From Neophaeotheca triangularis (Eukaryota), in NCBI GenBank assembly GCA_054600435.1, contig BAAIJX010000004.1, positions 248,001 to 312,000 of the forward strand: DNA of 64,000 nucleotides. Reading direction: 5' to 3'. How positions within the stretch are numbered: position 1 is the stretch's first letter; the number at the start of each line of letters is the position of its first letter. The position numbers were made by a program, and so were the translations under genes. Below, in pieces: positions 1 to 12,644 of the stretch. The notes under the pieces are model-generated. The model searched no databases and was not told the DNA's origin. It saw only the letters and a program-made list of their open reading frames with translations.

Positions 1-1064
1 GTCCTAGTAACAGCGCGGATCGAGACAAAGAAAGTGTCAAAGGATTAGACTGGGCCTCCAAAGAGACGGACAAAGGCTTTCAACCTGGCTTCGCGGTCTG
101 GCCGACGCCTAGCTTTGTCGAAGTCGGAAGGGCTTTGGTTCTCGGGAGGCGGACGATTGAATGATAGTGAACAATGCCCACGCACGCTGCCGCTTTTCAG
201 ATCTTGGTATCCACATAAATTCCACTCCTAGTGCATTTGCAAGCCTCCATAGAGCTAGCCCCCTCGTAGGGCAGTTCCATTAGCACGTTGCGTAGCAAAC
301 ACGTACTTACAACGTGCGCTTTCGCGTTTGTACTCTGTAGACCGTCCCTCTATGCAAAGATCGTATTGGCATGCGGGTGGTCTTTGCATGCAATCACCCC
401 TTTTAGCCATTTGATTGATCCCGGGCCTTTAGAAAGGAATGAGTGGGCTTGCAAAAGCAAACGGGACGTTGCTTTGGACCGCGTGAGCGTATATAGTAGA
501 GAACCGCCATCTTTTGAGCAAATACGTCCAGCACTGTAGATCCATCGTTTCGTGTTCGTCGATTACGCCCGCTCGTGATATATCATTCAATGGCAAATGG
601 GAATTCGTGTCTATCCCAGTATACCGGGCGAATGACGCCCGTTAATTATAGCCCGTTTACCTCCATAATGTGACTTCCATCCGATAGATCTAGGGGTTGA
701 GGCAATACCGAGCCTGCGTACTCAGGAGAACCATTGTCACGTGACTGAGCGAAGCTTCATGGATCTTTCACTCATGCAGCTCCCTCGAGCCCGTTTCACC
801 AAGTCCGCAACACCATCTTTGAACATCGACGCCCTTCTTTTGGAACAATTCTTGCAACAATAACATCTTGGAGCGCTCTTTTCTGGAATAACAAGCCGGA
901 TATACTTCGTCCATCGTACTTCCTCCTGCAAGTTCAACGCGTCCAGACACGCGAAGCTGCTAAGGTGAGCTCAACCGTAAGACCACACCCCTTGGACATT
1001 TCTGACTTCTTCAGAGCGGTAGTGAACTTCAGCCGCCACAGCACCTACAAGAAGAGTCGGAAGC

Positions 1065-2691
1065 ATGGCGTACCCCAACGACAACTCTTCCCAGGTAGGC
1101 ACCCCAGACAGTCACAATACCGCACCCGTGCGACCCGCGTTGACCTTTTGTTAGATTACTAGCGCGGTTCCTCGAAAGAGGAGCGCCTCTTCTGTGCCGA
1201 CGTCTTCGAGGTCCAGAAAAACCATAAAGTTGAACGTCGACAACAACGATCGTGAGTATCCAATACCTCTGAATCGTACGACTCCACGCAGGTGCTGACT
1301 TCACATCAACAGCTACTGGCCGGCAAGGCGGTCTCGGAGTTCAAGCAGCCACAGAGGAGCTCAGCATCGCCTCCACTTCGTTTTCTTCTTTGGCCGCTAT
1401 GCAAAACAGCTTCGTCCCCATATACGGACCAAGTCACCAGCTTCCACTCGGTCATGACTTCGAGCATGCCAGCGGTTATTCTCCAATTGATCAGGGCGCT
1501 TTCTTGAAAGACCAAGAGCTTGATAACTTCTTCGGCGCAATGAACCACAACTTTCAAGAACTTCAAGAGCAGAGCCACGCGCATGTGGGTGACGAGACCG
1601 AAGGCTCTTCGTACTTCCCCCAACACTCCCCCGCAATTGGTGCTGGCTTCGAATTCGGACTCCTCGAAAACCTTCCTGCCGGCGCAGGGATTCCCGATAC
1701 GGGAAGGGTCAGCGTGATGGGTCCACCAGCTCCTCCGGCGCCCGCTGCCAGGGTTGCAGTCTTCTTGCGCAAGACGCGTCAAAAGACCCAGCCAGCAGCA
1801 TCCGCCAGATCGACTGCGACTCAACCCGCGACGGTCAACCCAGTCGGAGTCGCGACCCCATCTCCGGCTAACAACGGCCATCTCGAACTTTGGGACATCA
1901 ACAAGCCCACCACGCGCACGGAGAAGCAAGCCGCAAAAGCTCGTGCAGGAGCCGTTGCCAATGGTAAAAACCCCAACGATGCCTACGGCGGGGTTACACA
2001 TGGTGCTGCACCTGAGACCGTCAAGCTTCCTCCCAGCTTAGACATCTCGGCAGACGAGACTCTCACTTTCTTGCCCAACCACCTCAAGGTCCCCGCCGTG
2101 CCCTCCCGTCTTCTGCCTGCAGGATGGCGCCGACCAACAATCGCCAAAAAGATCCTGTCCGTTCGTGGCCGTCTGACGAGCGAAGCGCTGCACACGACCG
2201 AGAACCGCCTCCAAGCGCAGTTCAAGGAAGGCCTCAAGATACATTTTGGCGTCCAAGATTTCACTATTCCCAAGGTTGAGACCTCAGTCTTCCCTACCGT
2301 TAAGTACAGCACGGACGACTGGCACCTCCGCGAGGAGTACTCTCTCGATCACAAGAAGACAAAAGCGGCCCGTGAGTCCTACCAGGACGCTTATTTGGTC
2401 GACCTTGCGAACGGCGTGCCCGAGGCCAATTTCCCAAAGGGTGATCAGGAGTGGGTCTTGACGAAGTGCATCAAGTACGCACTGAAGACTCAGCCCTCAC
2501 TCAAGCTTTCGGGGGTCCCCGCCACTGCGCTTCGATTCGGTTGGAGCACGCCGCAGTTTCTGATCAACGTGGAGCCCGATGCTAATGCTGCTGCTGCCGC
2601 CTTCGAAATCCCGGATCCACCAAAGGTCAAGTCCAACGGCCCAAAGCGTAAGGGCAACACCAAGAGCGGCAAATACTCAGCCTCAAAGTAG
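1065..2691 (+). CDS. Uncharacterised fungal protein, paralog 1 of a tandem pair (3 coding exons: 1065-1094, 1155-1251, 1313-2691; probable 5'UTR intron 965-1014)
   Basis: 433-aa ORF 1390-2691 extends upstream through canonical introns (GTAGGC..TTAG 1095-1154; GTGAGT..GCTGAC..CAG 1252-1312) that keep frame to ATG 1065. Clear similarity to the 3862-5545 protein. Confidence 0.8.
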
Positions 2692-3861
2692 AGTGCGCGC
2701 AACTCCTAATCCTAGGGGCGGAGAATAGGACCAAGGTGGTCTCCACAGTAGCCAGTTCGGTTGCAAAGTTTGTTGGATCCGGACAAAACGCACTGCAGAC
2801 CTTTCGTTGGGCCATGATGAGAGCGACTGGGCGTTTCGTTACTTGGGTCGTGTGCAACCAGTTGGGATACCCGGTACTTGGTAACATTAGCAAGGCGTTT
2901 AAGAGTCACTTCAAGCATAGAACCAGTTTTCTCCCATGCCTCTCGTCTTCATGGCGGCTTCGTTTGTAATGTGTCCTGATATCCCGATAACACGAACTTG
3001 CAGTCTTACAGACCACTTTCACATGAGCCCGCGAAGTTCCTCAGCTGAACATCCTGATTGAGCTGTCGCGTTGAAAGCAAGTACAATCGGGACTCCTAAA
3101 TTCGTATTCACATACGATCCTTTCATGCGAGAATGATATCGTCGATCGACAAAGAGGTAGTCTTTGCTGTTCCCCTTCCTTTCGACTTTGTGATTCACAC
3201 CAGTCCTTTCAGAAAAGACCATTGAGCCCTAGCAACGCTTTGGACCGGGCGAACATATATTGTAGATAGCCGCCATCGTATAATTCGTATTCCGCATGTC
3301 CGGCAAGGAAGATCTCTTCCGTCGTTTTCATCCATAATATACCACCCAAGATCGTGTGGGCGGCTTCGTTTGTCCAGGTATATTTAACGAGCAATGCTCG
3401 CTCTAAACCCCTTAAACACTGTTCCGGAGGCTTCTCAAATCGCCCATTGGCCATGAAGCCCCACCGTCAAGAAACCGTTCCGCATCCCCAGTGTGAACAG
3501 CGAGTGCGGCGTGCTGTCACGTGCAAAAGCGGAGCTCCATGGACCCTTTTGCCCCTGGCTGACTTGATCTAATCCTCGACTTGTTCTTGAACACCAACTC
3601 CAACCTGCACCAAACCCCACACACGACAAGTCTTCCTGCAACAAACTCCACGAGAACAAGTGCACTAAGCTCCTCTCCACTACACTGTACTCCCTCCATC
3701 GTGCAGTAGCACCCACAACGAACGCAACACCTCAACCCGCCCCGTTTGTACGTGAGCTCGCACTTGACGCCGACCCCAACTTTCACTTGCTGCCTTTCGT
3801 GGAGCACTCTCGAGTCCTTCAACATCTCCTCCATCTTCCAGAACCCAAGCGCATCTCAACC

Positions 3862-5545
3862 ATGGCCGCTTCTCGCAAAGACGGTACCTCCAAGGTAAAC
3901 ATCCCCAGAAACCACAAAACCGCTCCAACGCGCTGACCCTCCCGCAGATGAACACTCTCCTCCATGACCAGCAGTCCAAAAGCAAGCCAACCGCTCGCGC
4001 GTGGCCCAAGAACACGACGGAGGGAAAGCGGATCGCGAAGCGCGCTCGTAAGTGACCATACCCCTGAAGCAAGAAAGCTACCCGCACAGTGTTGACCAGA
4101 CCCCAATAGCCAACACCAGCGCTCCGTCTGCGAGAGCCACTGCCCAGAGAATGGCTTCAGCTTTCGCTAGAGCCTCTTCACCAACGACGCCTTCCTACAC
4201 CACCGTCATTCCACCTCAAGGCCCATGGTACAACGCGCCAATGGGTCACGACTTCGAAAACGCGAGCAGGTATATCAAAGTTACGCGACCCAACAGCTCT
4301 GCTCAATCCGAAGACAACGTCGATCTGCTCGGACAAGCCCCATCCGAGGCTCAAGAGGAGGCGGTCCAGGGTGAGGAGGACTTCTCGTTCTTCTCGCAAA
4401 ATCTTGTCACGAGCGAGGTGCCAGTTGGACACGAGGACTTCGATCACTTCCTCGCGGGCCTGCTGGCCGAAGATTTCTCCTCACCTGTCACACAGAGCCA
4501 AGGCCCTCAATCCGCGGTTTTGATGCCTTCTGCATCCACGCCCGCTGCCGTCGCCGCCGCTTCTATCCCGCCAACAGCCAACCCAGTGCCAGTCACGAGT
4601 TTCCCAGCCACCCAACTGCCCACTGGTGGCGCGTCTGCTCCGGGAGCTCATGCTTCGACACCTACCCCTGTTGTGCCCGCAATGCCATCCCCGAACAACG
4701 ACGGCTCCTTGAATCTCCCTTTGTGGAACAAGAACGTGCCAATCACGGTCTCCGAAAAGCAAGCAGCCAAAGCATATGCCGACGCCATCGCAACGAACAC
4801 TGATCCCAACAAGGCGTACGGCGCATTCGATCGGAACGTCGCCTCGTCGACGGTCAGGCTGGCTCCGGGTTTCGTCGCTCTGGACGAGGAGCTTCTCACG
4901 TTCCTGCCCGGCCACGTGAAGATTCCAGCCTTCGCTCTGCACCTGCAACAACACGGATGGACCCGCGGGGCCATAGCGAAGAAGATCCTCTCGGTCCGAG
5001 GTCAGCTCACGACCCGGGAGGAGTTGCGCACAGCAGAGAATCGCATCCAGAACCAACTCAAAGAAGGGTATAACACCTTCTTCGGAATCAAGAGTTACAC
5101 TGCTGTGAGAGCGCGGAGTGCCATCACCCCCTTTGTCAATGCCACGGTAGATGACTGGCACCTACGCGACGAGTATTCCAACGATTCCCTAAAGGCGCGA
5201 GCGGCCCGTAGCAGCTATCAGGACTGCTACCTTGTGGACCTAGCCTTTGGTGTGAATACTTTTCCCACAGGTGTGCAGGCCGGCATCCTGACACAATGCG
5301 TTCGGTTGGCCTTCTCCTACAACCGCAACTACAAGATGTCGGACATCCCGTACATGATCGTCAAGCACCGCTTGAGCATGCCCCAGCTTCCAGTGAGCGG
5401 CGATCCGAACGCTGACGCTGCTGCTGACGCTATCGCGATTGCCAATCCGCCAGCCGCGGGAAACGGTGTCGTTGCAGCTCCTTCTGCTCCAGCGGCTGGA
5501 CCAAGGCCCAAGGGCAACTACAAGCACGGAAGATACTCGGCTTGA
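3862..5545 (+). CDS. Uncharacterised fungal protein, paralog 2 of a tandem pair (exons 3862-3894, 3948-4047, 4110-5545)
   Basis: 497-aa ORF plus introns GTAAAC..GCTGAC..CAG (3895-3947) and GTAAGT..GTTGAC..TAG (4048-4109). Shares GHDFExAS, EKQAAKA, LTFLPxHxKxPA, IAKKILSVRG, DDWHLR and YQDxYLVDLA motifs with paralog 1. Confidence 0.8.
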
Positions 5546-7547
5546 GAGTAGTGTTGAGCCCCCCTGGCTTGGTTGGAATGGGTTCGAGCGGGAGACCAAG
5601 AGAATATCCGCAATGTCGTCCAGATGAAGACAAAGGAATTTGGGGCCTGGATACGTCCCCGCATCGATTGGGATACCCATAGGCAGGGTACAAGGCGTTA
5701 AAGAATGCTTCAAGCGGTTCCAGCGAATTTTCCTTTACGGTGGGGAATCTAGCCAAATGCATATAGCCTCGTATCGCATTCACAGCAAGTACCCAACTCG
5801 CGGGTCGTTCCCTTGTTCATCTTCTCTTTTTCCTTCTTCACGAGATCTCGAAACCGGAGGTAAGTTTATCACTTTGCGCAACACAGGTGGTCTCTAGAGA
5901 CACTGACGACGTGGTAAGGTCCAGAGCTGCGGCATGGGCCTAGCAATAATTGCGTCAAAGGTGTCCATCGGGAGTGAGTATTCCTGCGACCCAGCTCTGT
6001 TCAAGCTCATTCTTCAAGCTCATTCGTTAGCTCTCTTATTCTCGGTATTGCTTTCATATTCGTCTCATGGGAAATCCGCATTTCGTCGAGTCTCCGGTCG
6101 CGAGTAAGAGAAAGACAGCTTGTGTCCATTTCACTTCGCATAGCTTCTACCACACGAGGCTTATGTCCTAAGTCTTGCTCGAGGAGAAACATCGAGCTGT
6201 CTGTGCAGGTGTTTTTGTACAGATAATGCCAAGATAACCGGCGAGATTTAGCAGGTGCAGAGCCTTCGCAGCTTTCACAGCAAGGCCCACTAGGGTTAAT
6301 GCTAAGCTGGACTCGTGACTGCATTCATGCATGCCATTGCCTACCGAAGTAGGTACTTATGAAGGCGCTTGCGGCTGTTAAAGAGGTGGAATTGCCTCAA
6401 ACCCGACCCGGCTGATGTGCATCGAGGTGAGGTCTAAAGAGGCGTTTAAACTACGACGCATCGGGCCGAGTCTCGTCCGAATCCCCCCTAGGTTGCCCCC
6501 TGATCCTGAACTTCGAGAACGGAAGATGAAATGACTTTTCGAATGAGCTTTTACACAATCAGATTGCAAGACTTGCATGTTTGATAGAAGGGGCAAACGA
6601 AATTGAGCAAAAAATAGAGATATCCGCATGCGTAAAAGTGACCAAGCCGCGTGCGATGCAAGACCTGCTCGAGCCCACGTTGTGCGAGGCGTCAAGACCA
6701 CCATTGCAACTCAAACGCACCTTCGGAAATCTACTCAGCAGACGTCTCGACTCGCGAGCGAAGAATGTCTGCTCGCTGTGATGTGTTTTCCCCGAGCCTT
6801 CTTCAGGCCGCTCGAATCCCTCCCTATCACCCTGGGTTCGAGCCCACCAATCTTTAGTCCTTGACTGACATACCAAGGCGTACAGTCTACGCCACGTAGA
6901 CGTCGGTAAAGCTCATTGAAAATAAATGGCAAGGCCTAGGTATCGACGAGCCGTAAGCGAAACGAGACACATGGTTGCATGATGGAACATTTCGTCTAGT
7001 CCTCGGCTTTGACTCCACTTGGACATTCACTCGGGTCGCGGTGTCATTCACGCTTGCTTGCAACTTTCATGATGTATCCATGGATTTTCATGAGCTCGTG
7101 ATTACAGCTCAGAGTCGATTAAGCAGTCCCCATGGGCGTTCCAGGACTGACTCGGACTCGATACGAACCAGCCGCAAGGTACGAGATGGCGAGGAAGGAA
7201 ATCGCTGTCTATTCGGCACCAAATTCTTCACGTTACAGGCAGGCAGAGCGATTGAAACACCTATTGCCATGTGATCAACACACAAGGCGTCAAATATGAG
7301 GGCAGAGCACGAGCTAAAAAAAAAACGTTTCCATACAACGGAGCTACTATGCATCTCGCGAGCGCCCAAGTAGCCCAGAGTTCCTCATCACCCCGTGGAC
7401 TGATCAGAAGCAGAAGCGAAAGCTGACTGTTTCAACACATGAAAGACCGCACGCAACCAGCAATAATGAACCACCGACACCGATGCGCCATCATACACTC
7501 ATCAAAGCATCTCGAACACCAACAAACAACCCTCTCGCCCGTCGCAC

Positions 7548-8732
7548 TCACTTCCTCTGGACTGCCTCATACAGGCTCGCGACAGCGCCCACGGCAGCCC
7601 CAACGCAAATACCCTGATACCCGCCAAAAACAGCCCCATGCACTCTCTCAGCGGCAATCTCATCCACCACGCCACCAAAGAAAATCCCATTCCCATAGAC
7701 CAACATCGTGACCAACATCTTGACAACGCTAAAAGTCATAGGGTCGACCCTGGAACGGGGGACAGTGACTCTGACGCCGGCGCGCTTGATATCTCGCATG
7801 GTCAGATTGTAGAAGTAGGCGAAGAACAGAGGCACGAAAATGGAAGTCGTGGACCATAGCAGGAATGGTTTCCAGAAGAACTCGGGCGAGAGCAGCATGA
7901 AGAGGTCGGGGAGTTTGGGGTTCCAGATGTAGGGGGAACCGCGGGACCCGAAGACTGGGATCGGGATGGCGAGGCCTGTGGCTTTCCAAGGGAGGATGGC
8001 ATCGAAGAGGCCGTATGCTTCGAGGGCGAGGCAGGAGAGAAGGATTGCTGGGACCGTGGAGAGATTGATGCGGAGATCTTCGAGTATGTCTGGGACGGTT
8101 GAGAGGGTTAAGAGGTCGTTGAGGCTGGCGGTGAAGCGTTGGCTGTGGTCTTCGACGTATTCGGCTACTTGGGCGGGCGAGGCGGGGAGTTGGGCGCGGC
8201 TGCTGTTGCGGGGACGGCCAGGGGTGTGGGTTGGGACGTCGTTGGGATCGCGAGTTAGGCTTGCTGTGGTGGCAGCGAGAGCGCGAACGGGAGAGGATGG
8301 GGAAGGAATGTCCTCGCTTCTAGGTGGGGTGTTAGGAGCGGTATTAGGAGGGGATGGGTTGGGTCGCATACTCTGGCTCTGGTTTGATTTTAGTCGCACG
8401 TCGACCTCTTGCTCGAACGACAGACTTGGAACCATCGTCTTCAGTTCCGTTTGAAGGCGGTATCATGCTGGTTCCGCGCGGTCTGCCGGGAGTTCTACGG
8501 ACGCCAAAGAATGGCGCAAATGTCTCGTTGGACGAAAAGAATGTGGCATTTTCCTGGAGATGGCTCTCGAGAGCGTCTACCAGCTCGTCCTTGCGCGAAT
8601 TGGGATCTCTGGTTCGCAATCAGCATTATACTGGTAAGGCTGTGATTTGTTCAATACGCACTGGTCAAGCCCCGCCTCGCGACTGAGATCGACGATAGCT
8701 TGCTTCTTCTGCTTATTCAACCAGGAAGCCAT
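7548..8732 (-). CDS. GTT3-like nuclear-envelope membrane protein (spliced)
   Basis: ATG at 8732 gives MASWLNKQKKQAIVDLSREAGL; next exon RKDELVDALESHLQENA; Pro/Ser-rich linker and C-terminal hydrophobic segments in ORF 7548-8435. Family recognised from memory. Confidence 0.65.
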
Positions 8733-9523
8733 TGTCGCGTAAAAGTGACGTTGATAGCAATGTGGTCGCGTGAGGTGCGTGATTCCAGTGATGCCCGAGT
8801 CGAGTGTTTGCGACAGACATACAACGATATCACGCGTAGGTCATGTTTTGGGAAGAGTACGCGATTGGGATTAGACGTCAACAAAGCTGACCTCAAGCCT
8901 TGGTCGTGGGGGCGGGTTCGACCGTATTGATGGCTTGGCAGGTGATGCATGTCGCCGAATGAGGAAAGGTGGTGCTTAGTATCTGAGCAACATTTGCCGG
9001 CCATATTCGGCACGCCTTCCGAGTGCTATTGACATTGAATAAATAACAAGGCACGAGTAGGTATCTCCAAACGTTTCTTGCTTTGAAGCCTGCGTGAGAG
9101 AGATGGCAATCAAGCCTCCCCTGTAGACCCGGCAAGACCCGACCATGGGACGGGACTTTTATCAAACGATGCTGTCATTGCTCAACGGGACGGGAGTCGG
9201 AGGCTCTGTAAACTTTACGCCGACCGACTCGCTGAGGGCGTACTACCTAGAATACTGGTCAACATATGTAGTAATCCAGTGATTGGAAAACATGCACATT
9301 CGCTCTCAACACACCATTCCATTCTACAAAACACTCACTCGCATCTCCATTCAATTCAATACCACCGTCTAGACTCTCCGCACTCAAATACCCTCTCTTT
9401 CCGTCCTCCCCCCTTCCCCATCTCGAGGGACCAACACAGCGCCCCCCGTCTCGAAACTTCGGACCATCCCCATAACCAAACTACCCCATCGACGCATGCG
9501 ACAGCAGAGCACTTGAGCTCTTC

Positions 9524-10789
9524 ATGGTACTAGCCCGCGTGGCTGACTACCTGTTCCCCACAGCAGCCGGCGAGCAGCAGCCCTCGCCCAGCATACCACC
9601 TCTCGAAAATGGCTTCGAAGCACCAAGCGGCCAGCGACGGCAGGAAAAAAGCGTTCAGCCGGATACCGTCTCGACAACACCCGCAGTCCAGCCGGAACTA
9701 GACATTGACAATGAAGCGTATAGACCTCCCTATCTGAATGCCATGTTGGCGGGCGGTATCGGTGGGACTACAGGGGATATGCTCATGCATTCGCTGGATA
9801 CCGTCAAGACCCGGCAGCAGGGCGATCCGCATTTACCGCCCAAGTACACGAGCATGGGTAATACTTACTATACGATTTGGCGACAAGAGGGTATACGAAG
9901 GGGGCTTTATGGGGGCTGGACGCCTGCCTTTCTCGGCAGTTTTGGTGGTACGGTGATTTTCTTTGGCTGCTATGAGGCGAGCAAGAGGTGGATGATTGAC
10001 TGTGGTGTCAGTCCCGGTCTGGCGTATTTGGGGAGTGGGTTCATGGCGGATTTGGCAGCTAGTCCGTTATACGTGCCGAGCGAGGTTTTGAAAACGAGGT
10101 TGCAGTTGCAAGGGCGGTTCGACAACCCGTTCTTTACTAGCGGCTACAACTATCGCAACTCGATGCATGCGCTGCGGACTATCATCAGGACAGAGGGCAT
10201 AGCGGAGATGTTCAGCGGGTACAAAGCTACGATTGCACGGGATCTGCCCTTCAGTGCGCTGCAATTTGCTTTCTACGAACAGGAGCAGAAGTTGGCGAAG
10301 AAGTGGAAAGACAGCAAAGACATTGGGCTTGGTCTGGAGATTTTCACGGGCGCAAGTGCGGGAGGCATGGCCGGAGTCATCACCTGCCCACTCGATGTCG
10401 TGAAGACGCGCATACAGACAGAGTTGGACCCAGAAGTAGCCGCCACGGCCGCGAAAAAGCGGAAAGGCGGAAGTGGAACGAGGCCACTCCCTACGCAACA
10501 AAATGCCTCGCAACACCGTCCCCTGGCTACTACTTCCACACCCGCAAGCCAGTCCAGCCGACCAATCTCGACTTCTGGACCCGGGACAAGTCTCAAACAA
10601 CATGGTCAAGTTGCTCTGGGAACGGAATCTGTCCTTAAGGCTCTCAGAATCATCTACCAAACTGACGGCGTCATGGGCTGGTTCCGCGGAGTCGGGCCAA
10701 GAGCTGTCTGGACGAGCGTGCAGAGCGGGACAATGTTGGTCCTATATCAGATGTTGCTGAAGTCTTTCGAGGGGAGACCTGTGTGGTAG
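9524..10789 (+). CDS. MME1: Mitochondrial carrier protein, Mme1/YMR166C-like
   Basis: Three carrier signature repeats (HSLDTVKTRQQ, VPSEVLKTRLQ, CPLDVVKTRIQ); LAGGIGG..GDMLMHSLDTVKTRQQG is typical of the YMR166C subfamily. Confidence 0.85.
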   Translation: MVLARVADYLFPTAAGEQQPSPSIPPLENGFEAPSGQRRQEKSVQPDTVSTTPAVQPELDIDNEAYRPPYLNAMLAGGIGGTTGDMLMHSLDTVKTRQQGDPHLPPKYTSMGNTYYTIWRQEGIRRGLYGGWTPAFLGSFGGTVIFFGCYEASKRWMIDCGVSPGLAYLGSGFMADLAASPLYVPSEVLKTRLQLQGRFDNPFFTSGYNYRNSMHALRTIIRTEGIAEMFSGYKATIARDLPFSALQFAFYEQEQKLAKKWKDSKDIGLGLEIFTGASAGGMAGVITCPLDVVKTRIQTELDPEVAATAAKKRKGGSGTRPLPTQQNASQHRPLATTSTPASQSSRPISTSGPGTSLKQHGQVALGTESVLKALRIIYQTDGVMGWFRGVGPRAVWTSVQSGTMLVLYQMLLKSFEGRPVW

Positions 10790-11030
10790 AGTTGTTAAAT
10801 GGATGAGCATGCATACCTGCTGACGTTTGGGAAAAGCGAGGCCGGCAATGCTCTTTTGTGAGCTTGCTTGTATGGACAAATGTAACTGGCGGGTGTTTTC
10901 CCATTTCTGGTTTCTGTACAGATAGAGTTGTACATATGTAAGACTACTCCAAACCAATGACCTCTTGTATGTATCTAGGCATGTTTTGCCTGGAGAAACC
11001 CCTGGGACAAGAGTTACGCACGGGCCCTAG

Positions 11031-11069
11031 GACGGTCACCCAAGCATACCCAGCGACGGATTTCTTTCC
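11031..11069 (+). repeat. Left TIR of element A (GACGGTCACCCAAGCATACCCAGCGACGGATTTCTTTCC)
   Basis: Exact reverse complement of 36319-36357. Confidence 0.95.
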
Positions 11070-11171
11070 TAACGCCCTACTTGAACTTCTATCTTTCACT
11101 TTCCTAACTCAAACTCAATCGTACGTACCTCGCTATACAAACTCCGCTAACCCTAGAAAACTGGAGATACT

Positions 11172-12240
11172 ATAACTCGCCGCAAGATCGACCTCGAACC
11201 TTTTAGAGCCAAAATCGAGGCGCTCTCTACTAATAGTGTCTAGTAAGATGAGATCTATACTATACTACGAGACAACTACGATTACTATGTTAGCACTATG
11301 CGCCTTCGCTAGTCACTACGAGCATAGGGGGTGCAGTTAAAGCGCCGTAATACTAGTATGTTTAACACACCTACGCTTCGCGCGAGACTCGCCTATATGT
11401 TCGTAGAAAACTACATTATAGACGAGTAAATTACATAGATTTTACTAGTAGACGGCCTTAGTAACATAAGTAGACGTATAGTTATAAAGCTCCGTAAAGA
11501 GATGGGCCTTATAAAGCGTATTGAGAAGGGGACATAGTAAGAGGCATCTATAGAGGTAGATATGTATATAGTATTAACCTAAGAGTATAAGGATAGTGCG
11601 ATTAAGGACCTCGGGCTAACTAACCTATATACTAAAATATGGTTAAAATATAACCTTATAGGTAGGTAAGCAAGTTCTACTCTATTACACCTCGAGCTAT
11701 AGCTAGTTTCCTTATCATCTTAACTCAACTTAGCACTTTTCGTCTAAACTTTACTATATTAACCTTATAGTCCCCCCTTATATAGGACTTACTATAAACT
11801 CTAGCCTAAACTAACTACTCCTATAGGACTCGACTATAGAAGGTCGTAAAACAGATCAATCCGTAGGCCTTTAAGCACCGTAACCGTACTATACGGCATG
11901 TCCGCGGTGTAGTTAACATTCCTAACCCTAATTACATCTAGTCTATAGATGTCTATTATAAGCTCAAGTCATATAGTATTTAGGTATATAGTACTATAGA
12001 TGTATATTTACGTAGAATTATATAGATCTATATAGGCATCTCTAGCTATATAGGGGTATTAGTTGTAGCGTAATACCTTAAGACTATCTTAGAGATAGGT
12101 GTTACTCTAGAAATCATCACTACTAATAGGGGGGGTAAGACTACTATGACGGTAGACGCTCACTACTAGATCATAGAGCAATTAAGGTTAGGACCTAATA
12201 GCGAACCCCTAAGCTTTAAGGACTATTTCTAGTATAGTAC
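11172..12240 (+). pseudogene. Element A transposase, 5' part (Clr5-like N-terminus + integrase core), RIP-mutated; intron ~11666-11826
   Basis: De-RIP reading: RRKIDLEPFRAKIEAL...LRAWG (Clr5-like), then PNYIWSID..KL..YGIQVYG.IDAYSRRIIWIY.GIS...QYL...DRGGET. Stops are only TAA/TAG. Interrupted at GTAC by element B. Confidence 0.85.
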
Positions 12241-12595
12241 TGTCGAGCGGCGAGAGCACTCGAGAAGCCGGGAGTCCAGTTTTGCTCGGGGAGGTATTGT
12301 TTACAACAGTTGTGAACAATGTAGCAGGATCAGGAATCGGGTGCAGTCGAGAATCAGGGATTGTTCGTAACGGTTGCGAACAATGCGTCGGGGGTCAGAA
12401 ATCAGTTAGGTCGGTCATAGTGTATAGAGGCCAATTCAAGCAGTCGCAATTCATTCCATATGTGTCTGTCTAGGTAGGTGTCTAAGATACAAGTACTAGT
12501 GTAGGGGGAGGTGTAGGTATGTGAAGGGGGTGATGACAAAGCAAATACCGCAAAACCAGCACGCCCACGAATGTAGCACGGGAGTCACCACGACA
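12241..12595 (-). repeat. 3' LTR of element B
   Basis: Direct repeat of 31603-31957 with the same length; differences are transitions; adjacent PPT. Confidence 0.95.
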
Positions 12596-12644
12596 CCCCT
12601 CCCTAGCTAGAAAGTCTCGCTACTCCGTAGCAGCCCGCGCTACC

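Noticed and set aside
5900..7450. Short ORFs in the 1.5-kb gap after paralog 2 (also 3019-3454)
   Set aside because: No recognisable motifs, codon bias or consistent splice structure; could be decayed genes but unsupported.
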